NCBI RefSeq assembly: GCF_000006765.1
Contig: NC_002516.2
Strand: one strand, 5' to 3'
Source: Pseudomonas aeruginosa PAO1
GTDB taxonomy: Bacteria > Pseudomonadota > Gammaproteobacteria > Pseudomonadales > Pseudomonadaceae
Length of the DNA: 64,000 nt
A model generated the notes under the pieces. The model saw nothing but the letters and a program-made list of their open reading frames with translations. It searched no databases and had not been told where the DNA came from. Below, in pieces: positions 10,859-19,372 of this stretch. The translations under genes and the position numbers were made by a program. Every line of letters begins with the position of its first letter. Positions within the stretch are counted from its first letter, which is position 1.

Positions 10859-12356
10859 GGTGGTCTCCGGTGACACGGGGGTGGGCGGGTGGCGCGGCGG
10901 CGCGCGCCTGCATCCAGGCGTGCCGGATGAGCAGCGCGCCGCAGAGGATCAGGGTGAGGTCGGGGCCCAGGGCCGGCAGCCGGCCGCGCATGAGCCAGGG
11001 CGCCAGGTGCGCGACGGCGGCCGCCAGGCAGGCCAGCCCGGCGACGCCGAGCAATCCGCGCGCCAGCGGCCAGTCGCCCGGCAGCAGCAACGCCGCCAGG
11101 CCAGCGGCGGCCCACAGGACAAGGAACAGCCGCCCCGGCCAGGGTCCGGCGAGTAGCTCCGAGGGGGCGAGTTGCAGCCCCAGCAGGAGCAACGCGGCCG
11201 CCGCCACCAGGCCGGCACAGAAACCCTGGCTCAGGCGCTGCAAGAGCCGTACGCGGGCGTCCGGCGCCGAGGCGCGTCGTTGCAGCCACAGGTACAGGCC
11301 GCTGGCGCAGAGCAGGCAGGCGCCGAGGCCCATCGCCAGGTGCAGGCCGCGCAACGCGGCGGACCAGCCCGGCCCGAGCCACTGGTACTGGGCGAAATGC
11401 AACGGCTGCACGGCGATGAAGGCGCGCAGCCAGAAACCGCGCTGCGCCGAGCTGCGCTCGCCGAGCAGGGTGCCGTCGGCCAGCCGATAGCGGTGCCGCT
11501 CGAAGTTCGCGGTGCTCGGCAGGCCACGCCGGATACCGGCGATCTCCACGCTGCCGGCGACATCCCCGGCATGACTGAGGCTCAAACGCTGGGCGACGAA
11601 GCCGGGCGCCCGCACGGCATCGCCGGCAAGCAGGCGGTCGAGATCGATGCGGGACGCCAATGGCCGCCCCTCGGCGGCGGGCGGCGGCGGTCCCATCAAC
11701 TCGACGAACACCCGGTTCGGTTCCTGCGGGTAGGCCACCGGCGCCAGCAGCAGGGTCCCGAGAGCGCCCAGCCCGCTGAGCGCGCCGGTGAAACCGAACA
11801 ACAGCAGCCAGGGCAGTCCCCAGATGCCGATCAGGCCATGCAGGTCGAACAGCGCCAGGCGCAGCCCGCGATCCCGCCGCCAACGCCGCAGGTCGCGCCA
11901 GCGGCGGCTGTGCAGCAGCACGCCGGCCAGGCACAGCAGCAACAGCGATACGCCGAACAGGCTGACCAGCACCCGCCCGGGGAAGCCGACGAACAGGCTC
12001 TTGTGCAGGTTCAGCAGGAGGTCCAGCGCCGGCATCGGTGGCAGCACCCGGCCGCTGGCCGGGTCGAGGTCCAGCCGGCAGTCCAGGCGCGCATCGCAGA
12101 CGCTGAAGGCGGCATGGCCGGGAGCGGGCAGCAGCAGGGTCGCATCGCGGATGTCGACGCCTTCCTCGCCCGCCCGTTCGAGCAGGCGCTCCAGCGCAAG
12201 GGCTTCTCCTCCCGCCTGCGCCGGGGCCCGCAGCCACTCGCGCAGGTCGTCGTGGCCAAGACTCCAGGCGCCACTGAACAGCACCACGAACAGCAACACG
12301 CCGAACAGCGCGCCGGCGCCACCGTGCAGCGAGAGCAGGAGAGGACGCGCCGCCAC
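10851..12356 (-). CDS. fptC: PepSY-associated TM-helix inner-membrane protein (FptC, PA4219)
   Basis: Frame open from a GTG at 12356, one nt after the fptB stop (501 aa). It has His-containing TM motifs LSLHGG, LNLHKSL, DLHGLIG, QPLHF. A start at ATG 12035 (394 aa) is the alternative. Confidence 0.8.
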   Translation of the reverse strand: MAARPLLLSLHGGAGALFGVLLFVVLFSGAWSLGHDDLREWLRAPAQAGGEALALERLLERAGEEGVDIRDATLLLPAPGHAAFSVCDARLDCRLDLDPASGRVLPPMPALDLLLNLHKSLFVGFPGRVLVSLFGVSLLLLCLAGVLLHSRRWRDLRRWRRDRGLRLALFDLHGLIGIWGLPWLLLFGFTGALSGLGALGTLLLAPVAYPQEPNRVFVELMGPPPPAAEGRPLASRIDLDRLLAGDAVRAPGFVAQRLSLSHAGDVAGSVEIAGIRRGLPSTANFERHRYRLADGTLLGERSSAQRGFWLRAFIAVQPLHFAQYQWLGPGWSAALRGLHLAMGLGACLLCASGLYLWLQRRASAPDARVRLLQRLSQGFCAGLVAAAALLLLGLQLAPSELLAGPWPGRLFLVLWAAAGLAALLLPGDWPLARGLLGVAGLACLAAAVAHLAPWLMRGRLPALGPDLTLILCGALLIRHAWMQARAAAPPAHPRVTGDHHA

Positions 12357-12357
12357 T

Positions 12358-12639
12358 TCAACCGCGCCCCGCCAGCAGCCACAACGCCAAGCCCAGTACC
12401 AGCAGGCTACCGCCCAGGCGCCAGGCGAAGTTGCCCGGACCACGCGCCAGCAACCCGCCGACAAGCAGCAACAAGCCCACCCCGAGCGCGCCGAAGAGCC
12501 CGGCGTAGAGACGCTCGAGCGGGTCGTCCAGGGGCAGCCCGCGAGTCAACAGATAGCCGCTGGCGGTCGCCGCCGCCAGGCTGCCGGCGAGCGCCAGCGG
12601 AACCCGCCAGGCCCAGCCGAAGCCCGACTGGCGCGGCAT
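12358..12639 (-). CDS. fptB: Small membrane protein FptB
   Basis: 93 aa, [11 protein letters not shown]...; three hydrophobic segments; ATG overlaps the fptA stop (TGATG). Confidence 0.88.
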   Translation of the reverse strand: MPRQSGFGWAWRVPLALAGSLAAATASGYLLTRGLPLDDPLERLYAGLFGALGVGLLLLVGGLLARGPGNFAWRLGGSLLVLGLALWLLAGRG

Positions 12640-14801
12640 CAGAACGCGCCCCGCAGGCTGACGTTGAAGCTGCGCGGTTCGCCGTAGCGGTTGTTCCAGT
12701 TGGGGTTGGACAGGCTCTGGTAGTAGGTCCGGTCGAACAGGTTGTTGACGTTGACCGCCGCCGTCCAGTGCTCGTCGATCTTGTAGCCCAGGCGCATGTT
12801 GACCAGTGCGTAGCCGCCCTGGCGCATGCTCACGCCGCGGTAGTCGACGCTGTAGTCGCTCTGCGCCTGGAGTCCGCCGCCGACGCTCCAGCGCCGATCC
12901 TGCCAGGGCAGGTCGTAGTTGCTCCACAGGCGCAGCAGGTGCCTCGGGGTGAAGGTGGAGTAGCGCGTCCCCGAGTCGTTCTGGCTGTCCTTGAGGTACT
13001 CGGTGCTGGTGTAGGTGTAGCCGGCCGAGAGACTCCAGTAGGGCGTCAGGTAGCCAGTGCCTTCCAGCTCGAAGCCCTGGCTGCGCACCTTGCCGCCGCT
13101 GATGTAGAACGGATTGTTGGGCGGCCCCGGATGGTCCGGGTCTTCCTGCGGATTGTTCTCCAGGTCGATGCGGAACGCCGCCAGCGACAGGTTCAGGCGG
13201 CCGTCGGCCAGTTCGCCCTTGATCCCGGTTTCGTAGGTCTTGCCTTCCACCGGGCTCAACGGCTCGCTGTTCCAGGTCTGGCGATCCGCCTGCGGCTGGT
13301 AGACCTCGGCGTAGCTGACATACCACGACCAGTCCCTGGCGAAGTCCCAGATCAGCCCGCCGTAGGGCGTGAACTGGCGACCGGGCTTGAAGCGGGTGGC
13401 CGGGGTGTCCTGGTCCCACCAGCTTTCGCGGCCGCCGACCACCAGGGTCAGCGGCTCGGCGAGCTTGATCCGGCCCAGGGCATAGAGGCCTTTCTGGGTG
13501 GTGGTGGTGGTGCCCGGCGAAGTGTACTGGCCGATCTGCGGGCGCGGCACGCCGTGCGGGTCCCAGCGGTAGACATTGACCGGGGTGTTCGGCAGGTTGA
13601 GGAAGCGTGCGGTGTCCTGGCGGGTCTCGCCCTGGGCGTAGGTGACCCCACCGAGCAGTTCGTGGGTCAGGCCGAACAGTCGCACCGGCCCATTGAGGTT
13701 GGCGTCGAGGCTGCGCTGGATGCTCTTGAACTTGTAGGCGGCGCCCATCAGCTGGCCACCGTCGCCGGTCTGCGGGTCGATGGCGCCGAAGGAGCCGGCG
13801 TAACGCAGGCGCGAATCGGCTTCCTGGTATTCGGCGCTGACCTTGCCTTTCCAGCCGCCGCCCAGTTGCTGTTCGAGGGAGCCGAAGGCGCGGTAGGTGT
13901 CCCACTTGAAGCGGTCCCAGTCGACATCGAGGTAGGTGTCGCGGGACAGCCCGAGATTGGACCCATCCTTGGCCATCGGTACCCCGGCCATGTTGGTGAT
14001 CGAGTCGATGTGCTGGTATTGCGCACCGACGGTGAGCAGGGTGTCGGGGCTCAGGTCGAACTCGGTCACCCCGTAGAGCAGGCGGGTGCCCTGGTCGGCC
14101 ACGTCGTAGAAGTAGTCGCGGTCCTCGTAGGCGGCCACCGCTCGGCCGCGCACGTTGCCGCTGGCGCTCAGCGGGCCGCCGACGTCGACCTCGGCGCGGT
14201 AGCGGTCCCAGCGCCCGGCGCTGAGGGTAGTGCTGGCGGCGAATTCGCGCTGCGGCCGCTTGCGCACCAGGTTGACGGTGGCCGCCGGGTTGCCGGTGCC
14301 ATGCAGCAGTCCGTTGGAGCCGCGAAGGATCTCGACCCGCTCGTAGATCGCCATGTCCTGCGGCGAACTGGCAGTATTGCCAAGCAGCGCCGGCACCCCG
14401 TCCAGCTCGAAGGAGTCGACCTTGAAGCCGCGCACGTAGTAGGCGGTGGTCAGCAGCTGGAACGGCTGCACGGTGACCCCGGTGGCCTGCTGCATGGCTT
14501 CGTCGAGGCTGAACAGATTCTGCTGTTCGAGGCGCTCATGGTCGATGACGCTGGCGGATTGCGGCAGCTCGCGCGGCTTGAGCGGCACCTTGCCCAGGGT
14601 AGTCACCCCCGGCGGCTGGGTGGCAGACGTGCTTTCTCCGCTGATCACCATGTCCGGCAGTTCCGTCTCGCCGTCCTTGCGCGCGTCGGCCACGGCCGCG
14701 GCCAGCGGACTCAGCGCCAGCAGCAGGCCCAGGCACAACGGGGTGTGCCGATTGCGGGCGATGCCCTGGCGTCCCTTGATCACCTTCGTCTCCGTTTTCA
14801 T
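12639..14801 (-). CDS. fptA: TonB-dependent Fe(III)-pyochelin receptor
   Basis: 720 aa; signal peptide, plug motifs ([20 protein letters not shown]), C-terminal NNLFD...GAF. Confidence 0.98.
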
Positions 14802-14832
14802 CGTTCGAACAGCCTCGGGGGATATACGATTT

Positions 14833-14851
14833 GATAATGCTTATCATTATG
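14833..14851 (-). promoter_or_regulatory. Fur box of the fptA promoter
   Basis: GATAATGCTTATCATTATG, 16/19 to GATAATGATAATCATTATC. Confidence 0.9.
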
Positions 14852-14872
14852 AAGAAATCGTCTCCGGGGCTT

Positions 14873-14898
14873 TTTCGATTGCCGGTCTTTCTCTATCG
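14873..14898 (-). promoter_or_regulatory. PchR box (fptA)
   Basis: Minus strand CGATAGAGAAAGACCGGCAATCGAAA aligns without gaps to the pchD and pchE upstream boxes; overlaps the pchI stop codon. Confidence 0.8.
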
Positions 14899-16617
14899 AT
14901 CCACGACCGTCGCGGAACTTTCCTCGCCCGCCAGCCCGACGAAACCGGCATACCAGTCGTCCCGGACGAGCAGATCGGCGTGAAGTCCGCTGAGGCGCAG
15001 GCGCCCCTCCTCCAGCAGCAGTACCTGGTCGGCCTGACGCGCCAGCGCCGGGCGGTGGGTCACTACCAGCAGGGTGCGCCGGCCGCGCAACCCGAGCAGG
15101 CTGCGCAGCACCTGCGCCTCGCTGGCGGCGTCGAGGCTGGCGGTGGGCTCGTCGAGCAGCAGCAACGGCGCCGTCGAGAGCAGCCCGCGAGCCAGGCACA
15201 GGCGTTGCCGCTGGCCGCCGGACAGCAGCGCGCCGCCGGGACCGACGTCGCTGTCCCAGCCCTGCGGCCAGGCCTCGATCTCTTCCAGCAGGCCAACCGC
15301 CCGCGCCGCCTCGCGCAGCGCTTCGAGATCGGCGTCCGCTCGCGCCATGCGCAGGTTCCAGGCAACGCTGCCGCGGAACAGGCCGTTGTCCTGGAACACC
15401 AGGTTACGACTGGCGGCGAGGGTCGTTTCGCTCAACCGGCGGATATCCACGCCACCCAGCAGGACACGCCCGGCATCGACGTCGTAGAGCCGCCCGAGCA
15501 GCGCCAGCAGGCTGCTCTTGCCGGCCCCGGAGGGTCCGACGAGGACGTTCAGCGAACCCGGCTCCAGCCTCAGGGAAATGTCCTCGAGCAAGGCGCGGCC
15601 ATCTTCCAGGCGCAATTCCACGGCCTCGGCCGCCAGGCTGGCGTCGTGCGGCCGCTCGCCCGGCTCGGGGCTGCGCAGCGGAGCCAGGGCGAAAACCCGC
15701 AGCAGGGTATCCAGCGCCTGCCAGGCGCCGCGCAACGCCTGGTCGAGATGGGTGAGCTGGGCCAGCGGCTCGATGAAGCGCACCAGCAGCACCAGCACGG
15801 CCACCAGCCGAGCGCCGTCCAGCCATTGCCGCTCCACCGCCCAGGCGCCGCCGAGCAGGGCGAAGGCGAACGCCGCCTGCACCGCCAGGGCGAAGCCGAG
15901 GCCGCTGGGCAGGCTGCGCCGCAACAGATCCAGGGTGCTGCGGTGGAGACTGCGCAAGGCCTCTTCCAGCCCCTGGCGGGCGACGCTTTCGCGCTGCGCC
16001 GCGCGCAGCAGTGGCTGGCGTTCGGCGAACGCCTGCAACTGCCGTGCGGCGTCGCGCTCGGCGGCCAGCCGGGCATCCTCCGCCGCCAGATTGCGCCGCC
16101 CGCTCCAGCGCAACAGCGCGGCGAGGAAGGCACCAGCAAGGAGCAGGCCGAGGGCGATGGACGGGTCGATCAGGAACAGCCCGAGGATCACCCCGAGCGG
16201 CGTCACCAACGCGGCGATCAGCGGCCCCAGCAGGTGCGCCGGAATGCCCATCGCCTGCATCACCGGGCCGCGCAGCAGGCCTTCGGCCGGCGCGACCCGG
16301 CGCAGCGCCGGCGGCGCCAGGCGCGGCAAGCGCGCCACCAGGCTGCGCACCAGTCCAGCCGCCAGCGAGCCGCCGGCGGCGAAACCGCGACGCAGGGCCA
16401 GGTACTGCAACAGCGCCTGCGCCAGGCTCAAGCCGAGCAACGCGGCGACCCAGCGCCAGGGCAACGCGCCTTCGGCGAACCAGGCCTCGACCAACGGCAC
16501 CAGCAATACGCCGCAAGCGGCGTCCAGCAGCGCCGCCAGGACCGCCCAGGCGCTCGCCCGGCGCAACGCGGCACGGCAGTCTTCGGGCAGCGCACGCATT
16601 CGTTCGAACAGGGTCAT
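14893..16617 (-). CDS. pchI: ABC transporter, fused TMD-NBD
   Basis: 574 aa; GPSGAGKS, LSGGQ, LLLDEP motifs. Confidence 0.95.
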   Translation of the reverse strand: MTLFERMRALPEDCRAALRRASAWAVLAALLDAACGVLLVPLVEAWFAEGALPWRWVAALLGLSLAQALLQYLALRRGFAAGGSLAAGLVRSLVARLPRLAPPALRRVAPAEGLLRGPVMQAMGIPAHLLGPLIAALVTPLGVILGLFLIDPSIALGLLLAGAFLAALLRWSGRRNLAAEDARLAAERDAARQLQAFAERQPLLRAAQRESVARQGLEEALRSLHRSTLDLLRRSLPSGLGFALAVQAAFAFALLGGAWAVERQWLDGARLVAVLVLLVRFIEPLAQLTHLDQALRGAWQALDTLLRVFALAPLRSPEPGERPHDASLAAEAVELRLEDGRALLEDISLRLEPGSLNVLVGPSGAGKSSLLALLGRLYDVDAGRVLLGGVDIRRLSETTLAASRNLVFQDNGLFRGSVAWNLRMARADADLEALREAARAVGLLEEIEAWPQGWDSDVGPGGALLSGGQRQRLCLARGLLSTAPLLLLDEPTASLDAASEAQVLRSLLGLRGRRTLLVVTHRPALARQADQVLLLEEGRLRLSGLHADLLVRDDWYAGFVGLAGEESSATVVDR

Positions 16618-18326
16618 GCCGCCACCTCCGCGCCGTTCTGTTCACGCCACAAGCGCGCATAGGCGCCGTCCGCCGCCAACAGCGCCGCGTGCTCGCCGCG
16701 TTCGACCAGACGGCCAGCGACCAGCACCAGGATCAGGTCGGCATCGCTGACTTCGGCCAGACGATGGGCGACGATCACCCGGGTCCGGCCACCGCCGCGT
16801 TCGCGCAGGTTGCGCAGGACCTGCCGGGCGGTCTGCGGATCCAGCGCCGAGGTTGGCTCGTCGAGCAGCAACAGGCTCGCCGGCGATAGCAGCGCACGGG
16901 CCAGGGCCAGTCGTTGCAGTTCGCCGCCGGACAGTTGCAGGTCGCGTCCCGGCACGCTGTCGTAGCCACGCGGCAGGGCCATGATGCGCTCGTCGAGGCA
17001 GGCGTCACGGGCCGCCTGGCGAATCTCCTGGAGATCGGCATCGGGGCGGAACAGGGCAATGTTGTCGGCCAGGGATATCTCCAGCGCCGCCGCCTGCTGG
17101 CCGACCAGCGCGATATGCCGATGGCGCACGGCATCAGGCATGTCCTTCAGTGCCAGGCCGCCAACCTCCAGTTCGCCGCGCTGCGCGTCCATGTAGCGCG
17201 CCAGCAGGTGCAGCAGGGTGCTCTTGCCGGAGCCCGAGGGACCGACCAGGGCCACCAGGCTGCCATCCTCCAGCTCCAGATCGATATCGGCCAGGACCTC
17301 CACGCCTTCATAGGCATGGCCCAGGCCGTGCAGCGCCACCGCGCCATCGACCGGCTCGCGGGTCGAGCGGCCCTCGGCCAGCGGCGCCTGGTCGAACACC
17401 TGCTGCAGGCGCTCGGCGGCGGCGCGCGCGCCCAGCAGCGCGTCGCCGCCGTGGCCGAGCGCCTGCACCGGGGCAGCCAAGGCCCGCAGCAGGAGCAGGA
17501 AGGCACAGGCCTGGCCGAGCGCCAGCGGCACGCCGAGGGCATCCAGGGCCAGCGCGCCGAGCAGGACCCAGGCCAGCAGCCAGGGCGTCGACAACTGCAC
17601 GTAGACCAGCGCGGCGAGGTGGCCGACCCGCTTCACCCAGGCGCCGAACGCTTCGCCGAAGGCCGCCGCCGACGCCTCGGCGCCCTGTTGTATGCCGGCG
17701 CCGGGGTACTGTCGGGCCAGCAGCAGGTTGTGGGCGAATTCGCCATAGTCCGCCGAGAGCCTTTCCAGCGCGGCGTTGCGCCGCAGCACCAGGTCGCGGT
17801 AGCGCGCCGAGCGCAGCAGCAGGAAGCCGGCGGCGGCCAGCACCAGCGGCAGCAGGCAGAACAGCAGCAGCCAGGGGTGCAGCCAGGCCAGCCAGAGCAA
17901 CGCGACGAGCGGCACCACCAACAGGTTGCTGAGATCGTTGGGAGCGTGCGCGATCAGTTGGTGCAGGGCCCGCACGTCCTGCTCCACGAGGCGCGCCACG
18001 CCGTCCGGGCCCTGGCGACCGAACCAGTCCAGCGGCAGCCGTTGCAGGTGCGCCAGCAGGCGCAGGCGCAGGTCGTTGCAGAGGTCCGCGTCGACCCGGT
18101 GGGCCAGGTGCGCGGCCAGCGCCTGGCAGCCCAGCCAGGCCAGCACCGCCAGCAGCACCAGGGCCAGCAGGGCCGGCTGCGCCTGGCCGCGCGCCAGCGG
18201 CTCGGCGAGCCAGGCGAGAAGCATCCAGGGCAACAGCGAGCAGAGCCCGGCCAGGGCCTGCAACCCCATGGCCGCCGCCAGCCGCCAGCGATAGGTGCGC
18301 AGCAGGCGCCACAGCACCGGGGTCAC
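16614..18326 (-). CDS. pchH: ABC transporter, fused TMD-NBD
   Basis: 570 aa from GTG 18326 (GTGA overlap with pchG); GPSGSGKS, LSGGE, LLLDEP motifs. Confidence 0.94.
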   Translation of the reverse strand: MTPVLWRLLRTYRWRLAAAMGLQALAGLCSLLPWMLLAWLAEPLARGQAQPALLALVLLAVLAWLGCQALAAHLAHRVDADLCNDLRLRLLAHLQRLPLDWFGRQGPDGVARLVEQDVRALHQLIAHAPNDLSNLLVVPLVALLWLAWLHPWLLLFCLLPLVLAAAGFLLLRSARYRDLVLRRNAALERLSADYGEFAHNLLLARQYPGAGIQQGAEASAAAFGEAFGAWVKRVGHLAALVYVQLSTPWLLAWVLLGALALDALGVPLALGQACAFLLLLRALAAPVQALGHGGDALLGARAAAERLQQVFDQAPLAEGRSTREPVDGAVALHGLGHAYEGVEVLADIDLELEDGSLVALVGPSGSGKSTLLHLLARYMDAQRGELEVGGLALKDMPDAVRHRHIALVGQQAAALEISLADNIALFRPDADLQEIRQAARDACLDERIMALPRGYDSVPGRDLQLSGGELQRLALARALLSPASLLLLDEPTSALDPQTARQVLRNLRERGGGRTRVIVAHRLAEVSDADLILVLVAGRLVERGEHAALLAADGAYARLWREQNGAEVAA

Positions 18327-19372
18327 GAGGCTTGCTCCAGCACCTGTTCCAGGCTCGCCGGCGCCAGCGACGCCGGCGGCGCCTCGGGGAAGCCAAGGCG
18401 CTCGCCGATCCGCTGCCACAGGGCGGCGACCTCCAGGCTGCGCTGGTTGCGCCGGCGCACCTCGTCGCCGTCGGCGAGCAGCGCCAGCGCCTCGGCCGCC
18501 GCCGCCGGCCACAGGCGCTGGTGCACCTGGGCCCAGCTGCACGGTTCGGCATACCAGAGCTGGGCGCTGGGCAGCGGTTCGCCGGCTATCTCGTCGAACA
18601 GCGCGAACAGGCCGTCGTCATCCTCTGCCGGTACCGCCACCGCAGGCGTCCACAACAACGGGCCATGGGGGCTGAGCAGGCTCAGCGTGCCGCGATCGGT
18701 GGTCAGGCTGACGCGCTGCAACAAGGTCATGCGCCCGTCGTCGGCGGCCGCCAGTTCGTTGAGCACGAGCAGGCTCAATGGCACTTCCGCCAACACCAGG
18801 GACAGCCCGCGCATCGCCGACAGGTCGTTCGAGGGCGACTCCAGCGACCAGGGGCCAACGCCCTCCAGCAACGCGGCGAGGATGTCCAGGGTGGCGAAAC
18901 CGACCTGCACCCCGCAGGCCGCGTCCAGGTGGCGGATGCCGCGCCGGCGATGCAACTGGCGGCCCAGCTCGATGAAACGCGCCACCGCCGGCAACTGCGG
19001 ATAGAAGGTGTTGAGCAGGCAGCGCCGGCCCAGGCGCTCGGCGCTGCGCAGCAGGTCCTGCCATTCGCGCGGCAGCAACGGATGCTCGATCAGCACGTCG
19101 ATGCCACGCGCCATCAGCGCCTCGGCCAGCGCCGGGCCCTGCTCGCCGCGTGCCGCGCCGCCGACCGCGACGCAGGCCAGGCGGACATCGTCGGGCAACG
19201 CCTCGACCTCGCACCAGGTCTCCACCCCGAGGCGTTCGGCCAACGCCCGCGAACGCCGGCTGCCCTGGCCAAGGATGCCGCGCAGGACGAAGCGCGGATC
19301 GGCGGCGACGCCGGCGGCATAGAACTGGCCGAACCGGGAACCGGCGACCACCACGGAACGGACGTCGCTCAT
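18323..19372 (-). CDS. pchG: NADPH-dependent thiazolinyl imide reductase
   Basis: 349 aa from ATG 19372 (MSDVRSVVVAGSRFG); Gfo/Idh/MocA-like, EHP motif; Irp3/YbtU family. Confidence 0.95.
   Translation of the reverse strand: MSDVRSVVVAGSRFGQFYAAGVAADPRFVLRGILGQGSRRSRALAERLGVETWCEVEALPDDVRLACVAVGGAARGEQGPALAEALMARGIDVLIEHPLLPREWQDLLRSAERLGRRCLLNTFYPQLPAVARFIELGRQLHRRRGIRHLDAACGVQVGFATLDILAALLEGVGPWSLESPSNDLSAMRGLSLVLAEVPLSLLVLNELAAADDGRMTLLQRVSLTTDRGTLSLLSPHGPLLWTPAVAVPAEDDDGLFALFDEIAGEPLPSAQLWYAEPCSWAQVHQRLWPAAAAEALALLADGDEVRRRNQRSLEVAALWQRIGERLGFPEAPPASLAPASLEQVLEQAS

Noticed and set aside
11172-14834. 1220-aa plus-strand ORF antisense to fptC/fptB/fptA
   Set aside because: It is codon-aligned antisense to fptA and fptC, the frame that rarely has stops in GC-rich genes. 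No recognisable domain or SD.
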